Shown here: positions 24,201 through 39,206 of the stretch, one piece after another
Position numbering within the stretch: the first letter of the stretch is position 1
How the letters are laid out: each line of letters begins with the position of its first letter
Assembly: GCA_965235115.1 (NCBI GenBank)
Contig: OZ249436.1
Span: 53,260,001 to 53,324,000, forward strand
Source of the DNA: Laetmonice hystrix
Taxonomy: Eukaryota
DNA: 64,000 nt
Reading direction: 5' to 3'
Translations under genes and position numbers: made by a program
The notes under the pieces: generated by a model
The model's database searches: none
What the model saw: only the letters and a program-made list of their open reading frames with translations
What the model was told of the DNA's origin: nothing

Positions 24201-27200
24201 TCGCTTGGGTGCTAGGCCAGCCAGTATACCTTGTAGCAATTCCTCCCTGTATTGTTTGGCCTCCCTGTACCGTTTGCTTGTATACAAGAGTAGCCAGTAG
24301 TATAGGGACGCCTCATGTTTCATGTTTCCATGCCTTTATTGTCCAGGAGGCAGGCCATACGTTTCGTCTATCATCTACTCCCACCTAATCTGTGTCCCCT
24401 ACAGACCATCTGTAAGCGTCCGACAACGTTGTCAGGTGAATCTTCCCAATGACTGTTTGCCGTAAAGGTTTAGTTAACAATGGCAAATGACGTTGTACGC
24501 CTTTTCTATATCAGATATCCCATCCCCAAGTAACAAACAAACAAAGAAAGGTTACACAGAGGTGTTGCAGGCAGAAAACACCAGGGTGCAGCGGCGCTGA
24601 CTGCACTGCCGCCTTCCGGCCAGCGGTGGAATCATCACCTGTGGCTCTTAGGCGAGATACAGGTTAAAGCAATGATCAGCGCATAATGGCTACTTTTTTG
24701 ATACATCAAATTGATGCTACGCCCCCCCCCAAAAAAATTATGATTCTTAGGCCAGATGTATAACTGTCAAACGTATAGGTCTCGTACGTTCGCTACAGAT
24801 ATATGGTTGTGATGTGTACACTTCCCATTTCAGTATCTTCTCCAGATTTTAACATTAGATGCTCCTTGCCTGTACCTTTCATTTCCAGTACCTCACTGTA
24901 GTGTTTGCATGGCTACTATAGGCCAGCCGGTAAGATGTAAGGACTTCTCACTCTACTGGTTGGCCTCCCACACTGTTCGGCCCCACAGTGTACTGTTTGG
25001 CCTCAGTGTACTCTTTCGCCTCACTGTAGTGTTCGCTTGGGTGCTAGGCCAGCCAGTATACCTTGTAGAAATTCCTCCCTGTATTGTTTGGCCTCCCTGT
25101 ACCGTTTGCTTGTATACAAGAGTAGCCAGTAGTATAGGGACGCCTCATGTTTCATGTTTCCATGCCTTTATTGTCCAGGAGGCAGGCCATACGTTTCGTC
25201 TATCATCTACTCCCACCTAATCTGTGTCCCCTACAGACCATCTGTAAGCGTCCGACAACGTTGTCAGGTGAATCTTCCCAATGACTGTTTGCCGTAAAGG
25301 TTTAGTTAACAATGGCAAATGACGTTGTACGCCTTTTCTATATCAGATATCCCATCCCCAAGTAACAAACAAACAAAGAAAGGTTACACAGAGGTGTTGC
25401 AGGCAGAAAACACCAGGGTGCAGCGGCGCTGACTGCACTGCCGCCTTCCGGCCAGCGGTGGAATCATCACCTGTGGCTCTTAGGCGAGATACAGGTTAAA
25501 GCAATGATCAGCGCATAATGGCTACTTTTTTGATACATCAAATTGATGCTACGCCCCCCCCCCAAAAAAAAATTATGATTCTTAGGCCAGATGTATAACT
25601 GTCAAACGTATAGGTCTCGTACGTTCGCTACAGATATATGGTTGTGATGTGTACACTTCCCATTTCAGTATCTTCTCCAGATTTTAACATTAGATGCTCC
25701 TCGCCTGTACCTTTCATTTCCAGTACCTCACTGTAGTGTTTGCATGGCTACTATAGGCAAGCCGGTATGTAGGGACTTCACACTCTACTGGTTGGCCTCC
25801 CACACTGCTTGGCCCCACAGTGTACTGTTTGGCCTCAGTGTACTCTTTGGCCTCACTGTAGTGTTCGCATGGGTGCTTGGCCAGCCAGTATACCTTGTAG
25901 CAATTCCTCCCTGTATTGTTTGGCCTCCCTGTACCGTTTGCTTGTATACAAGAGTAGCCAGTAGTATAGGGACGCCTCATGTTTCATGTGTCCATGCCTT
26001 TATTGCCAAGGAGGCAGGCCATACGTTTCGTCTATCATCTACTCCCACCTAATCTGTGTCCCCTACAGACCATCTGTAAGCGTCCGACAACGTTGTCAAG
26101 TGAATCTGTTTGCCGTAAAGGTTTAGTTAACAAGGCCAAATGACGTTGTACGCCCACACTGCTTGGCCCCACAGTGTACTGTTTGGCCTCAGTGTACTCT
26201 TTGGCCTCACTGTAGTGTTCGCTTGGGTGCTCGGCCAGCCAGTATACCTTGTAGCAATTCCTCCCTGTATTGTTTGGCCTCCCTGTACCGTTTGCTTCTA
26301 TACAAGAGTAGCCATTAGTATAGGGACGCCTCATGTTTCATGTTTCCATGCCTTTATTGTCCAGGAGGCAGGCCATACGTTTCGTCTATCATCTACTCCC
26401 ATCTAATCTGTGTCCCCTACAGACCATCTGTAAGCGTCCGACAACGTTGTCAGGTGAATCTTCCCAATGACTGTTTGCCGTAAAGGTTTAGTTAACAATG
26501 GCAAATGACGTTGTACGCCTTTTCTATATCAGATATCCCACCCCCAAGTAACAAACAAACAAAGGTTACACAGAGGTGTTACAGGCAGAAAACACCAGGG
26601 TGCAGCGGCGCTGACTGCATTGCCGCCTTCCGGCCAGCGGTGGAATCATCACCTGTGGCTCTTAGGCGAGATACAGGTTAAAGCAATGATAAGCGCAAAA
26701 TGGCTACATTTTTGATACGTCAAATTGAAACTACGCCCCCCCCCCCCTCCAAAGAAAAAATTATGATTCTTAGGCCAGATGTATAACTGTTAAACGTATA
26801 GGTCTCGTACGTTCGCTACAGATATATGGTTGTGATGTGTACACTTCCCATTTCAGTATCTTCTCTAGATTTTAACATTAGATGCTCCTCGCCTGTACCT
26901 TTAATTTCCAGTACCTCACTGTAGTGTTTGCATGGCTACTATAGGCCAGCCGGTAAGATGTAAGGACTTCTCACTCTACTCGTTGGCCTCCCACACTGTT
27001 TGGCCCCACAGTGTACTGTTTGGCCTCAGTGTACTCTTCGGCCTCACTGTAGTGTTCGCTTGGGTGCTAGGCCAGCCAGTATACCTTGTAGCAATTCCTC
27101 CCTGTATTGTTTGGCCTCCCTGTACCGTTTGCTTGTATACAAGAGTAGCCAGTAGTATAGGGACGCCTCATGTTTCATGTTTCCATGCCTTTATTGTCCA

Positions 27201-30200
27201 GGAGGCAGGCCATACGTTTCGTCTATCATCTACTCCCACCTAATCTGTGTCCCCTACAGACCATCTGTAAGCGTCCGACAACGTTGTCAGGTGAATCTTC
27301 CCAATGACTGTTTGCCGTAAAGGTTTAGTTAACAATGGCAAATGACGTTGTACGCCTTTTCTATATCAGATATCCCATCCCCAAGTCACAAACAAACAAA
27401 GAAAGGTTACACAGAGGTGTTGCAGGCAGAAAACACCAGGGTGCAGCGGCGCTGACTGCACTGCCGCCTTCCGGCCAGCGGTGGAATCATCACCTGTGGC
27501 TCTTAGGCGAGATACAGGTTAAAGCAGTGATCAGCGCATAATGGCTACTTTTTTGATACATCAAATTGATGCTACGCCCCCCCCCCCAAAAAAAAATTAT
27601 GATTCTTAGGCCAGATGTATAACTGTCAAACGTATAGGTCTCGTACGTTCGCTACAGATATATGGTTGTGATGTGTACACTTCCCATTTCAGTATCTTCT
27701 CCAGATTTTAACATTAGATGCTCCTCGCCTGTACCTTTCATTTCCAGTACCTCACTGTAGTGTTTGCATGGCTACTATAGGCAAGCCGGTATGTAGGGAC
27801 TTCACACTCTACTGGTTGGCCTCCCACACTGCTTGGCCCCACAGTGTACTGTTTGGCCTCAGTGTACTCTTTGGCCTCACTGTAGTGTTCGCTTGGGTGC
27901 TTGGCCAGCCAGTATACCTTGTAGCAATTCCTCCCTGTATTGTTTGGCCTTCCTGTACCGTTTGCTTCTATACAAGAGTAGCCAGTAGTATAGGGACGCC
28001 TCATGTTTCATGTTTCCATGCCTTTATTGCCAAGGAGGCAGGCCATACGTTTCGTCTATCATCTACTCCCACCTAATCTGTGTCCCCTACAGACCATCTG
28101 TAAGCGTCCGACAACGTTGTCAAGTGAATCTGTTTGCCGTAAAGGTTTAGTTAACAAGGCCAAATGACGTTGTACGCCCACACTGCTTGGCCCCACAGTG
28201 TACTGTTTGGCCTCACTGTACTCTTTGGCCTCACTGTAGTGTTCGCTTGGGTGCTAGGCCAGCCAGTATACCTTGTAGCAATTCCTCCCTGTATTGTTTG
28301 GCCTCCCTGTACCGTTTGCTTCTATACAAGAGTAGCCAGTAGTATAGGGACGCCTCATGTTTCATGTTTCCATGCCTTTATTGTCCAGGAGGCAGGCCAT
28401 ACGTTTCGTCTATCATCTACTCCCATCTAATCTGTGTCCCCTACAGACCATCTGTAAGCGTCCGACAACGTTGTCAGGTGAATCTTCCCAATGACTGTTT
28501 GCCGTAAAGGTTTAGTTAACAATGGCAAATGACGTTGTACGCCTTTTCTATATCAGATATCCCACCCCCAAGTAACAAACAAACAAAGGTTACACAGAGG
28601 TGTTACAGGCAGAAAACACCAGGGTGCAGCGGCGCTGACTGCATTGCCGCCTTCCGGCCAGCGGTGGAATCATCACCTGTGGCTCTTAGGCGAGATACAG
28701 GTTAAAGCAATGATAAGCGCAAAATGGCTACATTTTTGATACGTCAAATTGAAACTACGCCCCCCCCCTCCAAAGAAAAAATTATGATTCTTAGGCCAGA
28801 TGTATAACTGTTAAACGTATAGGTCTCGTACGTTCGCTACAGATATAGGCCTATGGTTGTGATGTGTACACTTCCCATTTCAGTATCTTCTCTAGATTTT
28901 AACATTAGATGCTCCTCGCCTGTACCTTTAATTTCCAGTACCTCACTGTAGTGTTTGCATGGCTACTATAGGCCAGCCGGTAAGATGTAAGGACTTCTCA
29001 CTCTACTCGTTGGCCTCCCACACTGTTTGGCCCCACAGTGTACTGTTTGGCCTCAGTGTACTCTTCGGCCTCACTGTAGTGTTCGCTTGGGTGCTAGGCC
29101 AGCCAGTATACCTTGTAGCAATTCCTCCCTGTATTGTTTGGCCTCCCTGTACCGTTTGCTTGTATACAAGAGTAGCCAGTAGTATAGGGACGCCTCATGT
29201 TTCATGTTTCCATGCCTTTATTGTCCAGGAGGCAGGCCATACGTTTCGTCTATCATCTACTCCCACCTAATCTGTGTCCCCTACAGACCATCTGTAAGCG
29301 TCCGACAACGTTGTCAGGTGAATCTTCCCAATGACTGTTTGCCGTAAAGGTTTAGTTAACAATGGCAAATGACGTTGTACGCCTTTTCTATATCAGATAT
29401 CCCATCCCCAAGTAACAAACAAACAAAGAAAGGTTACACAGAGGTGTTGCAGGCAGAAAACACCAGGGTGCAGCGGCGCTGACTGCACTGCCGCCTTCCG
29501 GCCAGCGGTGGAATCATCACCTGTGGCTCTTAGGCGAGATACAGGTTAAAGCAATGATCAGCGCATAATGGCTACTTTTTTGATACATCAAATTGATGCT
29601 ACGCCCCCCCCCAAAAAAATTATGATTCTTAGGCCAGATGTATAACTGTCAAACGTATAGGTCTCGTACGTTCGCTACAGATATATGGTTGTGATGTGTA
29701 CACTTCCCATTTCAGTATCTTCTCCAGATTTTAACATTAGATGCTCCTTGCCTGTACCTTTCATTTCCAGTACCTCACTGTAGTGTTTGCATGGCTACTA
29801 TAGGCCAGCCGGTAAGATGTAAGGACTTCTCACTCTACTGGTTGGCCTCCCACACTGTTCGGCCCCACAGTGTACTGTTTGGCCTCAGTGTACTCTTTCG
29901 CCTCACTGTAGTGTTCGCTTGGGTGCTAGGCCAGCCAGTATACCTTGTAGAAATTCCTCCCTGTATTGTTTGGCCTCCCTGTACCGTTTGCTTGTATACA
30001 AGAGTAGCCAGTAGTATAGGGACGCCTCATGTTTCATGTTTCCATGCCTTTATTGTCCAGGAGGCAGGCCATACGTTTCGTCTATCATCTACTCCCACCT
30101 AATCTGTGTCCCCTACAGACCATCTGTAAGCGTCCGACAACGTTGTCAGGTGAATCTTCCCAATGACTGTTTGCCGTAAAGGTTTAGTTAACAATGGCAA

Positions 30201-33200
30201 ATGACGTTGTACGCCTTTTCTATATCAGATATCCCATCCCCAAGTAACAAACAAACAAAGAAAGGTTACACAGAGGTGTTGCAGGCAGAAAACACCAGGG
30301 TGCAGCGGCGCTGACTGCACTGCCGCCTTCCGGCCAGCGGTGGAATCATCACCTGTGGCTCTTAGGCGAGATACAGGTTAAAGCAGTGATCAGCGCATAA
30401 TGGCTACTTTTTTGATACATCAAATTAATGCTACGCCCCCCCCCCCAAAAAAAATTATGATTCTTAGGCCAGATGTATAACTGTCAAACGTATAGGTCTC
30501 GTACGTTCGCTACAGATATATGGTTGTGATGTGTACACTTCCCATTTCAGTATCTTCTCCAGATTTTAACATTAGATGCTCCTCGCCTGTACCTTTCATT
30601 TCCAGTACCTCACTGTAGTGTTTGCATGGCTACTATAGGCAAGCCGGTATGTAGGGACTTCACACTCTACTGGTTGGCCTCCCACACTGCTTGGCCCCAC
30701 AGTGTACTGTTTGGCCTCAGTGTACTCTTTGGCCTCACTGTAGTGTTCGCTTGGGTGCTTGGCCAGCCAGTATACCTTGTAGCAATTCCTCCCTGTATTG
30801 TTTGGCCTCCCTGTACCGTTTGCTTCTATACAAGAGTAGCCAGTAGTATAGGGACGCCTCATGTTTCATGTTTCCATGCCTTTATTGCCAAGGAGGCAGG
30901 CCATACGTTTCGTCTATCATCTACTCCCACCTAATCTGTGTCCCCTACAGACCATCTGTAAGCGTCCGACAACGTTGTCAAGTGAATCTGTTTGCCGTAA
31001 AGGTTTAGTTAACAAGGCCAAATGACGTTGTACGCCCACACTGCTTGGCCCCACAGTGTACTGTTTGGCCTCACTGTACTCTTTGGCCTCACTGTAGTGT
31101 TCGCTTGGGTGCTAGGCCAGCCAGTATACCTTGTAGCAATTCCTCCCTGTATTGTTTGGCCTCCCTGTACCGTTTGCTTCTATACAAGAGTAGCCAGTAG
31201 TATAGGGACGCCTCATGTTTCATGTTTCCATGCCTTTATTGTCCAGGAGGCAGGCCATACGTTTCGTCTATCATCTACTCCCATCTAATCTGTGTCCCCT
31301 ACAGACCATCTGTAAGCGTCCGACAACGTTGTCAGGTGAATCTTCCCAATGACTGTTTGCGTAAAGGTTTAGTTAACAATGGCAAATGACGTTGTACGCC
31401 TTTTCTATATCAGATATCCCACCCCCAAGTAACAAACAAACAAAGGTTACACAGAGGTGTTATAGGCAGAAAACACCAGGGTGCAGCGGCGCTGACTGCA
31501 TTGCCGCCTTCCGGCCAGCGGTGGAATCATCACCTGTGGCTCTTAGGCGAGATACAGGTTAAAGCAATGATAAGCGCAAAATGGCTACATTTTTGATACG
31601 TCAAATTGAAACTACGCCCCCCCCCTCCAAAGAAAAAATTGTGATTCTTAGGCCAGATGTATAACTGTTAAACGTATAGGTCTCGTACGTTCGCTACAGA
31701 TATAGGCCTATGGTTGTGATGTGTACACTTCCCATTTCAGTATCTTCTCTAGATTTTAACATTAGATGCTCCTCGCCTGTACCTTTAATTTCCAGTACCT
31801 CACTGTAGTGTTTGCATGGCTACTATAGGCCAGCCGGTAAGATGTAAGGACTTCTCACTCTACTCGTTGGCCTCCCACACTGTTTGGCCCCACAGTGTAC
31901 TGTTTGGCCTCAGTGTACTCTTCGGCCTCACTGTAGTGTTCGCTTGGGTGCTAGGCCAGCCAGTATACCTTGTAGCAATTCCTCCCTGTATTGTTTGGCC
32001 TCCCTGTACCGTTTGCTTGTATACAAGAGTAGCCAGTAGTATAGGGACGCCTCATGTTTCATGTTTCCATGCCTTTATTGTCCAGGAGGCAGGCCATACG
32101 TTTCGTCTATCATCTACTCCCACCTAATCTGTGTCCCCTACAGACCATCTGTAAGCGTCCGACAACGTTGTCAGGTGAATCTTCCCAATGACTGTTTGCC
32201 GTAAAGGTTTAGTTAACAATGGCAAATGACGTTGTACGCCTTTTCTATATCAGATATCCCATCCCCAAGTAACAAACAAACAAAGAAAGGTTACACAGAG
32301 GTGTTGCAGGCAGAAAACACCAGGGTGCAGCGGCGCTGACTGCACTGCCGCCTTCCGGCCAGCGGTGGAATCATCACCTGTGGCTCTTAGGCGAGATACA
32401 GGTTAAAGCAATGATCAGCGCATAATGGCTACTTTTTTGATACATCAAATTGATGCTACGCCCCCCCCCCCAAAAAAATTATGATTCTTAGGCCAGATGT
32501 ATAACTGTCAAACGTATAGGTCTCGTACGTTCGCTACAGATATATGGTTGTGATGTGTACACTTCCCATTTCAGTATCTTCTCCAGATTTTAACATTAGA
32601 TGCTCCTCGCCTGTACCTTTCATTTCCAGTACCTCACTGTAGTGTTTGCATGGCTACTATAGGCAAGCCGGTATGTAGGGACTTCACACTCTACTGGTTG
32701 GCCTCCCACACTGCTTGGCCCCACAGTGTACTGTTTGGCCTCAGTGTACTCTTTGGCCTCACTGTAGTGTTCGCATGGGTGCTTGGCCAGCCAGTATACC
32801 TTGTAGCAATTCCTCCCTGTATTGTTTGGCCTCCCTGTACCGTTTGCTTGTATACAAGAGTAGCCAGTAGTATAGGGACGCCTCATGTTTCATGTGTCCA
32901 TGCCTTTATTGCCAAGGAGGCAGGCCATACGTTTCGTCTATCATCTACTCCCACCTAATCTGTGTCCCCTACAGACCATCTGTAAGCGTCCGACAACGTT
33001 GTCAAGTGAATCTGTTTGCCGTAAAGGTTTAGTTAACAAGGCCAAATGACGTTGTACGCCCACACTGCTTGGCCCCACAGTGTACTGTTTGGCCTCAGTG
33101 TACTCTTTGGCCTCACTGTAGTGTTCGCTTGGGTGCTCGGCCAGCCAGTATACCTTGTAGCAATTCCTCCCTGTATTGTTTGGCCTCCCTGTACCGTTTG

Positions 33201-36200
33201 CTTCTATACAAGAGTAGCCATTAGTATAGGGACGCCTCATGTTTCATGTTTCCATGCCTTTATTGTCCAGGAGGCAGGCCATACGTTTCGTCTATCATCT
33301 ACTCCCATCTAATCTGTGTCCCCTACAGACCATCTGTAAGCGTCCGACAACGTTGTCAGGTGAATCTTCCCAATGACTGTTTGCCGTAAAGGTTTAGTTA
33401 ACAATGGCAAATGACGTTGTACGCCTTTTCTATATCAGATATCCCACCCCCAAGTAACAAACAAACAAAGGTTACACAGAGGTGTTACAGGCAGAAAACA
33501 CCAGGGTGCAGCGGCGCTGACTGCATTGCCGCCTTCCGGCCAGCGGTGGAATCATCACCTGTGGCTCTTAGGCGAGATACAGGTTAAAGCAATGATAAGC
33601 GCAAAATGGCTACATTTCTGATACGTCAAACTGAAACTACGCCCCCCCCCCTCCAAAGAAAAAATTATGATTCTTAGGCCAGATGTATAACTGTTAAACG
33701 TATAGGTCTCGTACGTTCGCTACAGATATAGGCCTATGGTTGTGATGTGTACACTTCCCATTTCAGTATCTTCTCTAGATTTTAACATTAGATGCTCCTC
33801 GCCTGTACCTTTAATTTCCAGTACCTCACTGTAGTGTTTGCATGGCTACTATAGGCCAGCCGGTAAGATGTAAGGACTTCTCACTCTACTCGTTGGCCTC
33901 CCACACTGTTTGGCCCCACAGTGTACTGTTTGGCTTCAGTGTACTCTTTGGCCTCACTGTAGTGTTCTCTTGGGTGCTAGGCCAGCCAGTATACCTTGTA
34001 GCAATTCCTCCCTGTATTGTTTGGCCTCCCTGTACCGTTTGCTTGTATACAAGAGTAGCCAGTAGTATAGGGACGCCTCATGTTTCATGTTTCCATGCCT
34101 TTATTGTCCAGGAGGCAGGCCATACGTTTCGTCTATCATCTACTCCCACCTAATCTGTGTCCCCTACAGACCATCTGTAAGCGTCCGACAACGTTGTCAG
34201 GTGAATCTTCCCAATGACTGTTTGCCGTAAAGGTTTAGTTAACAATGGCAAATGACGTTGTACGCCTTTTCTATATCAGATATCCCATCCCCAAGTAACA
34301 AACAAACAAAGAAAGGTTACACAGAGGTGTTGCAGGCAGAAAACACCAGGGTGCAGCGGCGCTGACTGCACTGCCGCCTTCCGGCCAGCGGTGGAATCAT
34401 CACCTGTGGCTCTTAGGCGAGATACAGGTTAAAGCAATGACCAGCGCATAATGGCTACTTTTTTGATACATCAAATTGATGCTACGCCCCCCCCCCCCAA
34501 AAAAAAATTTATGATTCTTAGGCCAGATGTATAACTGTCAAACGTATAGGTCTCGTACGTTCGCTACAGATATATGGTTGTGATGTGTACACTTCCCATT
34601 TCAGTATCTTCTCCAGATTTTAACATTAGATGCTCCTTGCCTGTACCTTTCATTTCCAGTACCTCACTGTAGTGTTTGCATGGCTACTATAGGCCAGCCG
34701 GTAAGATGTAAGGACTTCTCACTCTACTCGTTGGCCTCCCACACTGTTTGGCCCCACAGTGTACTGTTTGGCCTCAGTGTACTCTTCGGCCTCACTGTAG
34801 TGTTCGCTTGGGTGCTAGGCCAGCCAGTATACCTTGTAGCAATTCCTCCCTGTATTGTTTGGCCTCCCTGTACCGTTTGCTTGTATACAAGAGTAGCCAG
34901 TAGTATAGGGACGCCTCATGTTTCATGTTTCCATGCCTTTATTGTCCAGGAGGCAGGCCATACGTTTCGTCTATCATCTACTCCCACCTAATCTGTGTCC
35001 CCTACAGACCATCTGTAAGCGTCCGACAACGTTGTCAGGTGAATCTTCCCAATGACTGTTTGCCGTAAAGGTTTAGTTAACAATGGCAAATGACGTTGTA
35101 CGCCTTTTCTATATCAGATATCCCATCCCCAAGTCACAAACAAACAAAGAAAGGTTACACAGAGGTGTTGCAGGCAGAAAACACCAGGGTGCAGCGGCGC
35201 TGACTGCACTGCCGCCTTCCGGCCAGCGGTGGAATCATCACCTGTGGCTCTTAGGCGAGATACAGGTTAAAGCAGTGATCAGCGCATAATGGCTACTTTT
35301 TTGATACATCAAATTGATGCTACGCCCCCCCCCCCAAAAAAAATTATGATTCTTAGGCCAGATGTATAACTGTCAAACGTATAGGTCTCGTACGTTCGCT
35401 ACAGATATATGGTTGTGATGTGTACACTTCCCATTTCAGTATCTTCTCCAGATTTTAACATTAGATGCTCCTCGCCTGTACCTTTCATTTCCAGTACCTC
35501 ACTGTAGTGTTTGCATGGCTACTATAGGCAAGCCGGTATGTAGGGACTTCACACTCTACTGGTTGGCCTCCCACACTGCTTGGCCCCACAGTGTACTGTT
35601 TGGCCTCAGTGTACTCTTTGGCCTCACTGTAGTGTTCGCTTGGGTGCTTGGCCAGCCAGTATACCTTGTAGCAATTCCTCCCTGTATTGTTTGGCCTCCC
35701 TGTACCGTTTGCTTCTATACAAGAGTAGCCAGTAGTATAGGGACGCCTCATGTTTCATGTTTCCATGCCTTTATTGCCAAGGAGGCAGGCCATACGTTTC
35801 GTCTATCATCTACTCCCACCTAATCTGTGTCCCCTACAGACCATCTGTAAGCGTCCGACAACGTTGTCAAGTGAATCTGTTTGCCGTAAAGGTTTAGTTA
35901 ACAAGGCCAAATGACGTTGTACGCCCACACTGCTTGGCCCCACAGTGTACTGTTTGGCCTCACTGTACTCTTTGGCCTCACTGTAGTGTTCGCTTGGGTG
36001 CTAGGCCAGCCAGTATACCTTGTAGCAATTCCTCCCTGTATTGTTTGGCCTCCCTGTACCGTTTGCTTCTATACAAGAGTAGCCAGTAGTATAGGGACGC
36101 CTCATGTTTCATGTTTCCATGCCTTTATTGTCCAGGAGGCAGGCCATACGTTTCGTCTATCATCTACTCCCATCTAATCTGTGTCCCCTACAGACCATCT

Positions 36201-39200
36201 GTAAGCGTCCGACAACGTTGTCAGGTGAATCTTCCCAATGACTGTTTGCCGTAAAGGTTTAGTTAACAATGGCAAATGACGTTGTACGCCTTTTCTATAT
36301 CAGATATCCCACCCCCAAGTAACAAACAAACAAAGGTTACACAGAGGTGTTACAGGCAGAAAACACCAGGGTGCAGCGGCGCTGACTGCATTGCCGCCCT
36401 CCGGCCAGCGGTGGAATCATCACCTGTGGCTCTTAGGCGAGATACAGGTTAAAGCAATGATAAGCGCAAAATGGCTACATTTTTGATACGTCAAATTGAA
36501 ACTACGCCCCCCCCCCCTCCAAAGAAAAAATTATGATTCTTAGGCCAGATGTATAACTGTTAAACGTATAGGTCTCGTACGTTCGCTACAGATATAGGCC
36601 TATGGTTGTGATGTGTACACTTCCCATTTCAGTATCTTCTCTAGATTTTAACATTAGATGCTCCTCGCCTGTACCTTTAATTTCCAGTACCTCACTGTAG
36701 TGTTTGCATGGCTACTATAGGCCAGCCGGTAAGATGTAAGGACTTCTCACTCTACTCGTTGGCCTCCCACACTGTTTGGCCCCACAGTGTACTGTTTGGC
36801 CTCAGTGTACTCTTTGGCCTCACTGTAGTGTTCGCTTGGGTGCTAGGCCAGCCAGTATACCTTGTAGCAATTCCTCCCTGTATTGTTTGGCCTCCCTGTA
36901 CCGTTTGCTTGTATACAAGAGTAGCCAGTAGTATAGGGACGCGTCATGTTTCATGTTTCCATGCCTTTATTGTCCAGGAGGCAGGCCATACGTTTCGTCT
37001 ATCATCTACTCCCACCTAATCTGTGTCCCCTACAGACCATCTGTAAGCGTCCGACAACGTTGTCAGGTGAATCTTCCCAATGACTGTTTGCCGTAAAGGT
37101 TTAGTTAACAATGGCAAATGACGTTGTACGCCTTTTCTATATCAGATATCCCATCCCCAAGTAACAAACAAACAAAGGAAGGTTACACAGAGGTGTTGCA
37201 GGCAGAAAACACCAGGGTGCAGCGGCGCTGACTGCACTGCCGCCTTCCGGCCAGCGGTGGAATCATCACCTGTGGCTCTTAGGCGAGATACAGGTTAAAG
37301 CAATGATCAGCGCATAATGGCTACTTTTTTGATACATCAAATTGATGCTACGCCCCCCCCCCAAAAAAAATTATGATTCTTAGGCCAGATGTATAACTGT
37401 CAAACGTATAGGTCTCGTACGTTCGCTACAGATATATGGTTGTGATGTGTACACTTCCCATTTCAGTATCTTCTCCAGATTTTAACATTAGATGCTCCTC
37501 GCTTGTACCTTTCATTTCCAGTACCTCACTGTAGTGTTTGCAAGGCTACTATAGGCCAGCCGGTAAGATGTAAGGACTTCTCACTCTACTGGTTGGCCTC
37601 CCACACTGTTTGGCCCCACAGTGTACTGTTTGGCCTTAGTGTACTCTTTGGCCTCACTGTAGTGTTCGCTTGGGTGCTAGGCCAGCCAGTATACCTTGTA
37701 GCAATTCCTCCCTGTATTGTTTGGCCTCCCTGTACCGTTTGCTTCTATACAAGAGTAGCCAGTAGTATAGGGACGCCTCCTGTTTCATGTTTTCATGCCT
37801 TTATTGTCCAGGAGGCAGGCCATACGTTTCGTCTATCATCTACTCCCACCTAATCTGTGTCCCCTACAGACCATCTGTAAGCGTCCGACAACGTTGTCAG
37901 ATGAATCTTCCCAATGACTGTTTGCCGTAAAGGTTTAGTTAACAATGGCAAATGATGTTGTACGCCTTTTCTATATCAGATATCCCATCCCGAAGTAACA
38001 AACAAACAAAGAAAGGTTACACAGAGGTGTTGCAGGCAGAAAACACCAGGGTGCAGCGTCGCTGACTGCACTGCCGCCTTCCGGCCAGCGGTGGAATCAT
38101 CACCTGTGGCTCTTAGGCGAGATACAGGTTAAAGCAATGATAAGCGCATAATGGCTACTTTTTTGATACATCAAATTGAAGCTACGCCCCCCCCCAACAA
38201 AAATTATGATTCTTAGGCCAGATGTATAACTGTCAAACGTATAGGTCTCGTACGTTCGCTACAGATATATGGTTGTGATGTGTGCACTTCCCATTTCAGT
38301 ATCTTCTCCAGATTTTAACATTAGATGCTCCTCGCCTGTACCTTTCATTTCCAGTACCTCACTGTAGTGTTTGCATGGCTACTATAGGCCAGCCGGTAAG
38401 ATGTAAGGACTTCTCACTCTACTGGTTGGCCTCCCACACTGTTTGGCCCCACAGTGTACTGTTTGGCCTCAGTGTACTCTTTGGCCTCACTGTAGTGTTC
38501 GCTTGGGTGCTAGGCCAGCCAGTATACCTTGTAGCAATTCCTCCCTGTATTGGTTGGCCTCCCTGTACCGTTTGCTTCTATTCAAGAGTAGCCAGTAGTA
38601 TAGGGACGCCTCCTGTTTCATGTTTCCAGGCCTTTATTGTCCAGGAGGCAGGCCATACGTTTCGTCTATCATCTACTCCCATCTAATCTGTGTCCCCTAC
38701 AGACGATCTGTAAGCGTCCGACAATGTTGTCAGGTGAATCTTCCCAATGACTGTTTGCCGTAAAGGTTTAGTTAAAAATGGCAAATGACGTTGTACGCCT
38801 TTTCTATATCAGATATCCCATCCCCAAGTAACAAACAAAGAAAGGTTACACAGAGGTGTTACATGCAGAAAACACCAGGGTGCAGCGGCGCTGACTGCAC
38901 TGCCGCCTTCCGGCCAGCGGTGAAATCATCACCTGTGGCTCTTAGGCGAGATACAGGTTAAAGCAATGATAAGGGCAAAGTGGCTACATATTTTATACGT
39001 AAAATTCAAACTACGCTCCCCCTCCAAAAAAAAAATTATGATTCTTAGGCCAGATGTTTAACTGTCAAACGTATAGGTCTCGTACGTTCGCTACAGATAT
39101 ATGGTTGTGATGTGTACACTTCCCATTTCAGTATCTTCTCCAGATTTTAACATTAGATGCTCCTTGCCTGTACCTTTCATTTCCAGTACCTCACTGTAGT

Positions 39201-39206
39201 GTTTGC

